Shown piece after piece: positions 1 to 11,519 of a stretch of 64,000 bases of DNA. The stretch is taken from contig OY740785.1 in the NCBI GenBank assembly GCA_963514005.1, positions 79,856,001 through 79,920,000 on the forward strand. The letters are read 5' to 3'. Within the stretch, counting starts at the first letter, position 1. The number at the start of each line of letters is the position of its first letter. The stretch comes from Raja brachyura. Its lineage: Eukaryota. Position numbers and translations under genes: made by a program. Under the pieces are notes generated by a model that was not told the origin of the DNA, did no database searches, and saw only the letters and a program-made list of their open reading frames with translations.

Positions 1-339
1 TGGTAGTATGCAAGACCCTGCCACCATCGACAGGTGTCTGTGTGGTCAGTCTGGGAGTCCAGCTTGTATGGTGTTGTCTCTTAGCTTCCCTGATGGCTTT
101 ACCAAGGTCATACTTAGATTTCCTGACATAATCATCTCAGACCTGAATTTAAACAGAGAGGGCTGGTTCATATAGCTAGCATGCATGGGATCCAGAGTGA
201 GCGAGACATTTAGATACAAAATGACTTGGTGGTAGTAGTGGGGGTTGCATTTTCAGACTGGACACATGATCAGTATTTAGTTTAGTTTAGTTTAGTTTAG
301 AGATACAGCACGGAAACATGCCCTTTGGCCCACCGGGTT

Positions 340-630
340 GCAGGAAGATTGTTCCCGATGTTGGGGAAGTCCAGGACAAGGGGTCACAGTTTAAGGATAA
401 GGGGGAAATCTTTTAGGACTGAGATGAGAAGAACATTTTTCACACAGAGAGTGGTGAATCTCTGGAATTCTCTGCCACAGAAGGTAGTTGAGGCCAGTTC
501 ACTGGCTATATGGAGAGAAAGGAGGTACGGGATACTTAGTTAGATGATAGGCCATGATTATATTGAATGGTGGTGCAGGCTCGAAGGGCCGAATGGCCTA
601 CTCCTGCACCTATTTTCTATGTTTCTATGT
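340..630 (+). mobile_element. CR1 LINE, 5'-truncated 3' end with 60-bp internal deletion
   Basis: Encodes AGRLFPMLGKSRTRGHSLRIRG...FFTQRVVNLWNSLPQKVVEA, matching the C-terminus of ORF 11592-13994. Ends in a tttctatgtttctatgt tail. Lacks the equivalent of 13917-13976. Confidence 0.92.
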
Positions 631-1160
631 ACCTCAGGTTGGAGTAGGGAGAGGTTAATGATGTCTACGGATAATCCCGCCTGCTGTCCTTGCAGGTTCT
701 AGGTACATGGATGTGGACTCCATCTGTGCCATCAGCTCTCTGCGGGTTTAGTCTCAGGACAGCCGATCTGATATGTGTGACAGTGACCATGGGTACAAGT
801 TCACCCAGGGTTGTTATGGCGTATATTGGCGTTTCACTAACCTGCTGTTCAATACAAGCATACAATGCATTGAGTGCATCGGGGAGAGATGCGTAGTTGC
901 CAGCAATACTGCCTGCCTTCCCTTTGCAACCTGTGGTAGTATGCAAGACCCTGCCACCATCGACAGGTGTCTGTGTGGTCAGTCTGGGAGTCCAGCTTGT
1001 ATGGTGTTGTCTCTTAGCTTCCCTGATGGCTTTACCAAGGTCATACTTAGATTTCCTGACATAATCATCTCAGACCTGAATTTAAACAGAGAGGGCTGGT
1101 TCATATAGCTAGCATGCATGGGATCCAGAGTGAGCGAGACATTTAGATACAAAATGACTT
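631..1160 (-). mobile_element. Decayed Rex1/Babar-like (L2/CR1 group) LINE fragment
   Basis: ORF 665-946(-) has LPDALNALYA...LRLNPQRADGTDGVHIHVPRTCKD, resembling the pre-RT 'NPRKAxGPDGVPGRVLKxC' region of Rex1-type LINEs. Confidence 0.6.
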
Positions 1161-1208
1161 GGTGGTAGTAGTGGGGGTTGCATTTTCAGACTGGACACAT
1201 GATCAGTA

Positions 1209-1530
1209 TTTAGTTTAGTTTAGTTTAGTTTAGAGATACAGCACGGAAACATGCCCTTTGGCCCACCGGGTTCGCGCCAACCAGTGATCCCCGCATATTG
1301 ACACTATCCTACACACACTAGGGACAATTCTTACATTTACCAAGCCAATTCATCTACATACCTGTATGTCTTTGGAGTGTGGGAGGAAACCGAAGTTCTC
1401 GGAGAAAACCCATGCAGGTCATGGGGAGAACGTATAAACTCCAGGCAGCACCCATAGTCGGGATCAAACCCGGGTCTCTGGCGCTGCATTCTCTGTAATG
1501 CAGCAACTCTACTGCTGCGCTACTGTGCCG
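1209..1530 (-). mobile_element. tRNA-derived SINE (HE1/V-SINE-like), full length
   Basis: On the minus strand: tRNA-like head with A/B-box-like motifs, central ggtttcctcccacactccaaagac domain, CR1-like 3' end and (CTAAA)n tail. Confidence 0.88.
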
Positions 1531-1544
1531 CACACAGTATCATG

Positions 1545-2390
1545 CCGTAGGAATCAGTGTGGGTTCACTGTTGTTTGCCATACACATTAATGATTTTGAT
1601 GAAAATGTAGGTGGCATGATTAGTAAGTTTTCAGATGACACCAGAATTGGTGGCATAGTATACAATGAAGAAGGTTGCCTAATGTTATAACAGGATCTAG
1701 ATCAACTGGGAAAGTGGGCATGGGAGTGGCAGATTAAATTTAACTCGTATAAGTACGAAGTGATACATTTTGAAAACCTAAACCATTCCAAACTGTACAC
1801 AATAAATAACTAATGTCCTGGGGAGTGTTGTAGAATAAAAAGACATCGAGGAATATGTACATAGTTCCCTGCAAATGGGAACACAACATGGCAAGGATGA
1901 CACTAGTATGTTTGCCTTCATCCACTGAGTACAAGAATGTCACATTACACGTATACAAAAATTAGTTAGGCTGCACCTGAAGTATGCAATTCAGGCCACT
2001 ATGATTTAGGAAGGCTATGGTTGAGCTGGAGAAAATCAAAGGTTTCAAAGGTCTTTTATTGTCACGTGTACCAATTGAGGTACAGTGATATGTGAATTAC
2101 CATACAGCCATACTAAAAAAAGGCACCAAGTCACACAACTACATAAAAATTAACATAAACATCCACCACAGCGGTTACCCCACATTCCTCACTGTGATGG
2201 AATGCAATAACGTCCAATCTTCTTCCTCTTTCTTCTCCCGGAACGATTGAAGCTCCTGCATCGGGGCGGTTGAAGCTCCTGTGTCGGGGCGGTCAAAAGA
2301 TGTTACTAAGATTTGAAGGATTGAGCTATCAGGAGAGGTTAGAAAGGCTCAGTCTCTTTTTCCTGAAGTGAAATAAACTGAAAGATAACA
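1545..2390 (+). mobile_element. Decayed CR1 RT fragment with a LINE 3'-end insertion at ~2038-2298
   Basis: attaatgattttgatg...attagtaagttttcagatgacacc (SKFxDDT-like) with many stops. Confidence 0.75.
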
Positions 2391-2391
2391 T

Positions 2392-2950
2392 GTGTTTGAG
2401 TTTAGTTTATTGTCACATATATTGAGGTACAGTGAAAGGTTTTGTTGCATGCTAACCAGTCAGTGGAAAGACAATACGTAATTTAAGGGTGGCACAATGG
2501 TATCGAGGTGGAGCTATTGCCTTGCAGGCCAGAGTCCCTGGTTCAATCCTGATTATGGGTGCTTGTCTGTACGGAGTTTGTAAATTCTCCCCGTGACATG
2601 CTTAGGTTTTCACCAAGATCTTCGGATTCCACCCACACTCCAAGGACATACAGGTTTGTAGTAATAAATGGTATAAATGTATCAATGTGAAATTGGTCCC
2701 AGTGTGTGCAGGGTCGTGTTAATGTGCGGGGATCGCTGGTCGGTGCAGACTTGATGGGCCGCAAGGCCTGTTTCCGGGTTGTATCTTCTTAAAAAAATAC
2801 AATCGAGCCATTAACAAAGTACAAAGAGCATAAAGTAAGAAATGCTGCTGTTGGAATGGAGATTTAAAAGAATTAAGTGATTGTAATGCGTGATTGCAGA
2901 TTCACTTCTGTGACCAGTACACTAAGAATCGCCTGGCTTGGGCATGATGG
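2392..2950 (-). mobile_element. Short non-autonomous element with Rex/L2-type 3' tail, split by a SINE
   Basis: 2400-2477 and 2838-2943 align by eye with 26150-26370. Confidence 0.65.
2488..2790 (+). mobile_element. HE1/V-SINE-like SINE
   Basis: ggtggcacaatgg...ggttcaatcc head, conserved body and gcctgtttcc tail shared with the other copies. Confidence 0.85.
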
Positions 2951-3954
2951 AGGTAGATTCAAGATTCAAGATTCAAGAGAGTTTATTGTCATATGTCCCT
3001 GATAGGACAATAACATTCTTGCTTTGCTTCAGCACAACAGAACATAGTAGGCATGAATTCAGAACAGATCAGTGTGTCCACATAACATTATATAAATATA
3101 TACACACATGAATAAATAAACTGATAAAGTGTAAAGTGTATATGAAAATATGAGTGGCATAGATAAGGCCAGTGTTTGTTTTCCATGGTTGTTTCCAATG
3201 GATGTTTACGACAAACTGGTTAATTTGATTGTTACCACAGCTGAGTCCAGCTTTATCTTTAATTCCAAAAGGTGAAACCTCCACTTCCTGATCACCACAA
3301 TCAGACTCTTATTTCCATTGGCTATACCTAAACACCCACTGCACATCACCCTGACCTTATCCAAGGCAGCCCACAACCACCAACACCCCCCAACCACAAT
3401 GCCCAGCCCAGACCCCTTGACCTTTATGAAGTATGCAAACGAATGGCCTTTCACCATGTAAGGATTTGTACAAGCACATCGAATGTAAGGCCTCCTGATT
3501 CACAGTGTTTTGCAATGGCAGGCCCTGTAAAGACACATTTTTTCACCCTCTACATGCCACACTGCCAGATTCACAGGCTTCTGAAGCCTCAGAAGAATTT
3601 CAAACCCAGATTATCAGATTACTATCGATTTGTCAGCCACAGGAACTTTTGGGCATGATGCCTGCTGCAATTCTTACCTTTGACATTGACTTCACTTCAA
3701 AATGACAAGTCTCATTGCTGAAAATTTCTTTGAAGTAGTGGAAGAAGCTAATTTAGGAGAGTTTAACTAGACGATATGGAAAGCATTCCAGATTTCAATG
3801 TTGTGCTTGGACACGGCACAAGGAAAGTTACATGTAAGTAACCCGTCAGCATAACCTCCAGTTTACGATAGCTAACATCTGCTATCTGAAAACACTGGTT
3901 GGAACAACTACAGCCTTTAACCCTTTTTTCCTCAATCTGCGAAGGCAATAGAGA

Positions 3955-4426
3955 ACTTGCCTCAGTCTTCCTGATCTCCCGGTTGCCAAACACTTTAAAC
4001 CCCCTTCCCATTCCCACACCGACCTTTCTGTCCTCGGCCTCCTCCATTGCCAGAGTGAGGCCAAACACAAATTGGAGGAACAGCACCAATTTTGCTTTAA
4101 ACCCAGTCTTGCATCTCCCCCTCTCTCCGTCCCTCCCCACCCAAGTCATTTTTACTAGCTTCAAAGTCGTCCTGTTGAGTCTCCTTGTCTGTGACTCGTT
4201 TTCACCTAGACAACAGCTAACAATAGGCAGTTGCCTTTATCGTTGTCACTTTTTTGCATGTCTTTCAGTCATTAGTTCTATGTCACTCTATACCACTGTC
4301 TATATCCCTCGTTTCCCTTTCCCCTGACTCTCAGTCTGAAGAAGGGTCTCAACGCAAAACGTCACCCATTCATTTTCTCCAGGGATGCTGCCTGTCCCGC
4401 TGAGTTACTCCAGCTTTATGTGTCCA
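3955..4426 (+). mobile_element. Penelope-like element 3' fragment (GIY-YIG C-terminal remnant plus hammerhead-bearing terminal repeat)
   Basis: Frame-shifted translation gives LPVAKHF...SHSHTDLSVLGLLHCQSEAKHKLEEQH, typical of the C-terminal part of the PLE endonuclease. It is followed by agtctgaagaagggtctc...aaacgtcaccc. Confidence 0.8.
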
Positions 4427-5413
4427 AATAAGACAGTTTGAATCCAGATGTTCGTGTCATTTAATATCACCTCATGGAGAAAATGTATTTTACTCTCTGC
4501 CAAAGTCTTGTCAGAAAATGGTTTTAGCACAAGCTGAGGTTAGGTTTTGAAATGAAGGGCAGTCTCTCTCCTCAGGTTGGTGCAAAATTAATCTTATGGT
4601 CGGGTTCCTGAAACCAAGTGATTTTTCGCCTTTATTTTTCTTGCACTTGAGATTAGTCCTGGCTGCAAATTGGAAACTTCATAGAGAAAACTTCAGACAA
4701 TTTTAAAAGTTTCAGCTTCTAACTGCCTGTGGCCCATGATTTGTAGTTGGCACAAAATCAAGAGAGAAAAGCCATAAACCATAGCTGTGGTGTGAGGGGA
4801 GAGGGTAGATGGGTTAGTGGGTAAGTGTGTATTGCAGGGCATTGCTGGGCGTTGCTGGGAAAAGGCCCGAAATCTCAGCAAATACAATGAGCTTCTGCAT
4901 CTCTAGCAGCAAACACTTCTCTCCATCAGACACAACCCATCCCAAACCCTCCCTTCAATAAAGAAAAACTAGGACAGTGGGGAGTAAAAAATCATGCTGC
5001 TTTGAAAAACAAATGCAATTGTTGGACAAGATGGAAAGTGAGATTTTCTTGCCTGGAGAGGATGTGCTGGTTGTTAATGAGCATAACTCTCAGTGGGAAG
5101 TTCACTCTGTGGGCAGCTAACCTTCAGTGTTAACTCCCCGGGGAATGCCTCCTGTGAGCATGGTTCATTGCAAGGATTGGGAACATTGAAAAACAGCCCT
5201 TGAAATGCCTTTTTCCTCTGCAATGCTTTCTTAGAAAAAGGGGGACAAATTGAAAATGCATTTTTTCTATCATTTAATTAAAAAGATCCCAGGTTTTGCT
5301 GCAATTATCATTATTAAAGGTAGACGGGCTTTGTTTGTCTAATAGCATCTGGCTGATGGAGCAATGTTGCCTCTCACGTTAAGAACATTAAAAACATAAG
5401 GATAAATTATTGT

Positions 5414-5542
5414 GGAGGAAGGAACTGCAGATGCTGGTTTAAACCAAAGATAGTTACAAAAAGCTGGAGTAACTCAGTGGGACAGGCAGCATCTCTGGAG
5501 AGAAGGAATGGGTGACGTTTTGGGTTGAGACACTTCTTCAGA
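5414..5542 (-). mobile_element. Penelope-derived short repeat with degenerate hammerhead motif
   Basis: Reverse complement reads tCTGAAGAagtgtctcaacccaaaacgtcaccc...gatgctgcctgtccc. Confidence 0.8.
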
Positions 5543-5674
5543 TATTTTATTTATATATAAACACATTTTCCCTTTTTCATAACTTATGAATGAGTCAATT
5601 TACATGAGCAATTATTGATGAAGTGGAAAGGATAAACAAACAGCTGAAGAGTAATTCAAGAACAAATAATTCAG

Positions 5675-6420
5675 AGCAAATGAGAGGTGTTGCACTTTGG
5701 TAGGTCAAATATAAGGGGAAAGTATACGTTAATGGCTAAGACACTTAACAGCATTGATGTGCATAGGAATGTTGGGATCCAGGTCCATACCTCACTGAAA
5801 GTGGCAACGCAAGTAGATGGATTAGCAAAGGTGTTCTTTCTTTCATCCATTGGGAAGACTGAGGAACTTGATGGGACTTTGGTTAGGCCACATTGGAGTC
5901 CTGCATGCAGTTCTGGTTGCCCCATTAGATAAAGGATGTGAAGGCTTTGGACATGGTGCAAAAGAGGCTCACAAGAATGCTGCCTGGATTAGAGGGTTTT
6001 ACTTTTCTGGATAACTTGGATTGTTATCTCTGGAAGATCAGAGGTCGAGTGGATAATTGATAGAAGTTTATAGAATTATGAGAGGCATAGATTGGGTAAA
6101 GAGCCAGAACCTTTATCCCAGGATGGAAATATCAAGGACTAGAGGGCATAGGATTTAGGTGAGAGGATCTTCTTAAGTTTAAAGGAGATGTGTGGGCAAG
6201 TTTTATTTACACAATGTGGTGAGTGCCAGGAATGCGTTGCCAATTATAGTGAGGGAGGCAGATATAATAGTACCATTTAAGAGGCTTCTAGATAGGCACA
6301 CGGATATGCAGGGTATGTAGAGATGTGGATCAAGTGTTGGCAGAAGAGATTCATTTAACTTGGCATTATGTTCGGCACAGACACAGTGCGCCAAAGCTGC
6401 ACTGTTCCATGTCTATGGAA
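5675..6420 (+). mobile_element. Decayed CR1 3' fragment
   Basis: LHFGRSN...VRPH...cagttctggttgcccc motifs and CR1 3' UTR. Confidence 0.85.
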
Positions 6421-8573
6421 ACTAAATAAAGAACAATTGAGTTTAGAGAATAAAAATGGCTTGCATCCTATTGAATACTCCCATCTTGGTGTGAGTCAAT
6501 CATTGTCAATCATTTTTTCAATTCCTTGCGTTTGCGCTCCAATCTTTCCTGATTATGTCCATTTACTTAAATATACAAACTTTGTAAGTTAATAAGGTGT
6601 CAATTAATTGCTAATAGCAAATCAATTCCATCTTTACATGCGCAGCGTTTCATCAAGGTCGAGTCGATAGGTATCCTGCAGAGCCAACATTTTAACTTTC
6701 CTTTTGGTTAGAGGACTATATATTCTGCACATGCCAAAGCTGATATATTTCTCATTCAGAGCCTTGTCTAAATGTGTTAAATCCATTAAATGTTTTGTTT
6801 CTGCACCAGTGCTGTCAGAAGCAGTGCCATGCTGAACATTTGTCTGGGATAAATTTGCGACCTGTTGGCTTTGTAAAACCTTCTTTTCCAGCTTTCTCTG
6901 TGTTAATTAAGCCAGAAAAATGCCACGTTAACTTTATAATGAAGTAATTGTAATTGTTTTTTGTTATTGTAATTAATTAGGTGTCACAGCATGCCAGCAA
7001 CTGTCCTCTCCTCCGGAATTATAACCTGAAAGACTATATGGCATTTTCCATTCACAAGTTGCATGTTGATCCGAAAGCAACCTGAAGATAATTTTGATTA
7101 GTGGAAGTAGTATGAAAATGCCAATTAAAGTCAATGGAAGTGAAAACCATGTATATTTTTAAGTTTCTGTTTTAATTGGTTAAAATTTACTCCTCCCTAT
7201 ATATTAATTATGTCATTTTATTTCAGCATTTTAAAGCACATTTTTGCATCATTATAAAAACAGAGAATATTCAGAAGGCCACGCAGCATCTGTGGAGAAA
7301 GAAAAAAATATATATTTTAGGTCAATGATTTATGGCCATAATCTTTACTTTCTAACTCCATGTTCATGGTTGATTTGTATGTTTCCAAGCCCATGAAAGA
7401 ATCACTAATTGCAATGTCTGTCGATACACTATACCTGCTCCCCAGCTTTGTCCTAAAAAAATAGATCAATGTCTTGAAACAGGTTTCAGAGAGACTATCC
7501 TGATAACTTTGAGCCTTGTTTTGACTGACATTTTCATCTAATTGTGTCAGTTTGACATGTAAGGGAAGCAGGAACATATCTCAGGATGACATGCTTGCAA
7601 TTCAATCTGTTTCTTGCTGTATCACTATGCAGACAGAGGTTAATGAAAGATACTGTGAGAGTTCTCTGTCACATGGAACATCTCATTACAGATTCTCCCT
7701 CAGCAACAAGGCCTTCTGCCAAAATTACTGAACATTTGCGATATTTGCTGTTTTAGATGCAACATGGCAGGCCGTTCAGCCCACCTAGCCATACCGACCA
7801 TCGATCACCAAAACACTAGTTATATGTTATCCCACCTTCGCATCCCACACACTAAGGCAGTTTGCAGGAGCCAATTATGAAAGAATGTTTGGTATTAATT
7901 TTCTGTAGGGAGCAGTGAAATCAGGCCAGTTGGGACTTGATTGAACATTGATCTTATTCAGACTTTACTGAGATGGCAAATCAATGCCAATCAATTGCTT
8001 GTTAGTAGGGTGCTACCCGACTCAATTTCCCAAGCGCTACATGAATGAAAGTGATAACCATCTCCCTAATGAATTAAAGAAAGACTGCTTACAATTCTTC
8101 TGAACCAAAGCCAAAGCTTTGTCACGAGCAACTTTAGTTATCAAATTACCACAGCGGTGGCATGGAAAGTTTTTCATGATCTGCGGAGAAGAAGAGGAAA
8201 TGAAACATGACACAAAAGCAGCTACTCCAACTGGTCACACCGACCATGTTGCCAGTATTGACAAGTCATGTCAAGTAGGAGCTCGGGAGCAACAGGACTC
8301 ACTGTTAATCTGCTCCTTGCCATTATCACTCTCAGTAAGACTTACAATTAACTTTTTTTGTTTATATCTTTTCTCAATCGTATGTAAGACTAACCATTAA
8401 TGTAAAAAAAATAATGAATAGCATTTAATCATCGTGATCAGTTTTTCACCTTTACATTGCTTGCATTAGATATGTGACTCTATGTCCAGTGTCATCATCG
8501 ATGCATTTTCTAAAGAACAAATTATCATTTATTTCTCCTCCAATGCCACTTGCATTTAGCTTTGTTCTGTCAT

Positions 8574-8887
8574 TTAGTTTAGTTTAGAGATACAGCATGG
8601 AAACAGGCCTTTTGGCCAACCGGGTCCGCGCCGACCAGCGATCCCCGCACATTAATGCTATCATACACCCACTAGGGACAATTTTTACATTTCCCCCAAA
8701 AAATTAACCTACAAACCTGTACATCTTTGGAATTTGGGAGGAAACCGAAGATCTCGGAGAAAACCCAAGCAGGTCACGGGGGGAACGTACAAACTCCGTA
8801 CAGACAGCAATCATAGTCATGATCGAACCCGGGTCTCCGGCGTTGCATTCGCTATAAGGCAGCGACTATCGTTGCGCCACCATGACT
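8574..8887 (-). mobile_element. HE1/V-SINE-like SINE
   Basis: Same head, body and (CTAAA)n tail as 1209-1530. Confidence 0.88.
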
Positions 8888-8924
8888 GCCGTTCTTCAAT
8901 GCTCCCTCCTCAAGCTCACTAATT

Positions 8925-9118
8925 GCACAAAAGAAAAGTGTTTCAGGATCTCAGCAGGCCAGGCATCACTATGGACAGAAGACCTTTTTGAGTTGGGATA
9001 CTTCTTTGGACTGATTTGGTGCTGATGCTGCCTGGTACAGATGCTGCCTGGCTTGCTGAGTTCTTCTAGCACTTTGTTTTTTTACTTATGATTCCAGCAT
9101 TTGCAGTCTCTCGTGTCT
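8925..9118. mobile_element. Degenerate palindromic Penelope-derived repeat
   Basis: ctcagcaggccaggcatc arm faces gatgctgcctggcttgctgag arm; ends ttccagcatttgcagtctc. Confidence 0.55.
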
Positions 9119-9339
9119 ATTTAAGTGCACACTGAATGCAAGCAAATTACTCCTTGCAAAGTTTGGTGAGGAAGTTCTCTGAGATGCTGTGTTGTCCTGG
9201 TCTATTTGTGGGTCTGTTGGACAGCTGTAGAAATGTGGATGTTACAGTCCATGGAAATGCATCAGTGCTTAATCTATAGAGGCATGGATCTTCTTATTAG
9301 GAGTCTGCCTATCCATTTGGATATATTATTTAGAATATT

Positions 9340-9790
9340 GTGTTTAGAGTATTGGTCACCATGTTATAGGAATGATTTTGTCAAGCTGGAAAAGGTGCAG
9401 TAAAGATTTACAAGAATGTTGCCAGGACAAGATCATAAGAGGAATAGATTGGGTAAATACACAGTCTTTTTTTCCAGTGTAGGGGAACTGAGAATTAGAG
9501 GACGTAGGTTTAAGGTGAGGGGGAAAATATTTAATAGGAAACTGAGGAGTAACCTTTTTACACAAACAGTGGAGGACAAATGGAACGATCTGTGTTCGGA
9601 GTTAGTTGAGGCAGGTATTATCTAAAATGTTTAAGAGATAATTGGACAGGTGCATTGAAAGGATATGTTTAGAGAGATATGAGCCAAATGCAAGCAGGTG
9701 GGACTAATGTAGATGAGGCATGTTGGACGGAATGGGCAAGTTGGGTCGAAGGCCCTGTTTCCATGCTGTGTGACTCAATGACCCCATGAC
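9340..9790 (+). mobile_element. Decayed CR1 3' fragment
   Basis: YWSPCYRNDFVKLEKVQ...RGRRFKVRG...FTQ..WNDL and CR1 3' UTR. Confidence 0.85.
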
Positions 9791-10225
9791 TATTTGCCTA
9801 TTTAATTAAGTAGATATTCCTGAAATGGATGTTCTGAACTTCCACCTGGCCTCTGCTGGTCTCAGGGCAATTGCCCTCCACTCCTGGTATATACACTCAG
9901 TAAGACATAGGAACAGAATTAGGCCATTCAGCTCATCGAGTTGATTCTCCCATTCAATCATGGCTGATCAATATTGCCCTCTCAACTACATTCTCCTGCC
10001 TTTTCCCTGTACTCTTTGACACCCTTAATCACAATCTCCTCACAGACCTCAGTAGTAGTAGTAGCCCCCCCTTGGTCATGACTGACCATGGGTTATGCAT
10101 CATAGTTTGCAGGTGCAGTGTGGTCGGATGCAAGCCTGGGTGATGTCATATGGAGGACAGGCTGTTGCCCATGCAGTACGTACCGCTCTCCACTTGGCTG
10201 ATCGATCCAAAGGAACAGCAGGGCC

Positions 10226-11153
10226 ATATAACCATATAACCATATAACAATTACAGCACGGAAACAGGCCCTCTCGGACCTTCCAGTCCGTGCCGACCAT
10301 TTATTTTCCCCTAGTCCCATCATCCTGCACTCAGACCATACCGCTCCATTCCCTTCCCATCCATATACCTATCCACTTTACTTTTAAATGTTAAAATCGA
10401 TCCTGCCTCCACCACTTCAGCTGGAAGCTCATTCCACACAGCCACCATTCTCTGGGTAAAGAAATTCCCCCTCATGTTACCCCTAAACATCTGTCCCTTA
10501 ATTCTCATGTCATGCCCTCTTGTTTGAATCTTCTCTACCCTCAATGGAAAAAGCTTATCCACGTCAACTCTGTCTATCCCTTTCATCATTTTAAAGACCT
10601 AAATCAAGTCCCCCCTTAACCTTCTGCGCTCCAAAGAATAAAGACCTAACTTGTTCAACCTTTCTCTGTAACTTAGTTGCTAAAACCCAGGCAACATTCT
10701 AGTAAATCTCCTCTGTACTCTCTCTATTTTGTTGACATCCTTCCTATAATTAGGCAACCAAAATTGTACACCATACTCCAGAATTGGTCTTACCAATGCT
10801 TTGTACAATTTTAACATTACTTCCCTACTCCTATATTCAATGCTCTGATTTATAAAGGCCAGCACACCAAAAGCTTTCTTTACCACCCTATCTACATGCG
10901 ATTCCACCTTCAGGGAACTATGCACAGTTATTCCTAGATCCCTCTATTCCACAACATTCCTCAATTCCCTACCATTTACAATGTACGTCCTATTTTGATT
11001 TGTCCTGCCAAGATGTAGCACTTCACACTTATCAGCATTAAACTCCATCTGCCATATTTCAGCCCACTTTTCCAAATGGCCCAAATCTCTCTGTAGACTT
11101 TGAAAATCTACTTCATTATCCACAACACCACCTATCTTAGTATCATCTGGATT
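10226..11153 (-). mobile_element. 5'-truncated CR1 (second subfamily) with (TTATATGG)n tail and 4-bp TSD ggcc
   Basis: ORFs 10680-10925 and 10320-10589 encode CR1 RT C-terminal regions (LVRPILEYGVQFW, FFTQRMVAVWNELP). ggcc is present at 10222-10225 and 11154-11157. Confidence 0.92.
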
Positions 11154-11519
11154 GGCCGTTACAGTTTGGCAAGAGCGCCGTCGGCAGGAGCTGCCAGAGC
11201 AAGGTTGTGGACTACGACGAACTGCCTTAGGGGCTCCGACTCCGGATTTTCGTGAGGTTTACTCCAGGAACCTTTTCCATGACTGGATATGGCCACAAGT
11301 CAGTGGAGGTTTTAAGTCAGAGTTTTCCCTCTCCTATTGGACTGCCTTCCCAGGCTGACGAGCCCCGTCTGCCCGAGACTCGTGGGGGCTGGAGCGTGTA
11401 CCTTCCCGTGCAGGTCTATAGCACCTGCCCACTGCCAGACTCCAGTGGGGGAGCACAAACTGTAGATTTACCACCAGTTAGTCTGGGAATTCTGCCTGCT
11501 GAACCTTTGCCAGGGTAAC

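Larger units (their letters stand above)
1..1272 (+). repeat. Direct duplication: 1-339 recurs at 934-1272 (offset 933)
   Basis: By eye, tggtagtatgcaagaccctg...ggcccaccgggtt is identical at both positions. Copy 1 is cut by the CR1 fragment at 340; copy 2 continues into a full SINE. Confidence 0.93.

Noticed and set aside
3206-3480. Possible old L1 fragment on the minus strand (RKWRF motif)
   Set aside because: A single short motif is too weak to support a call.
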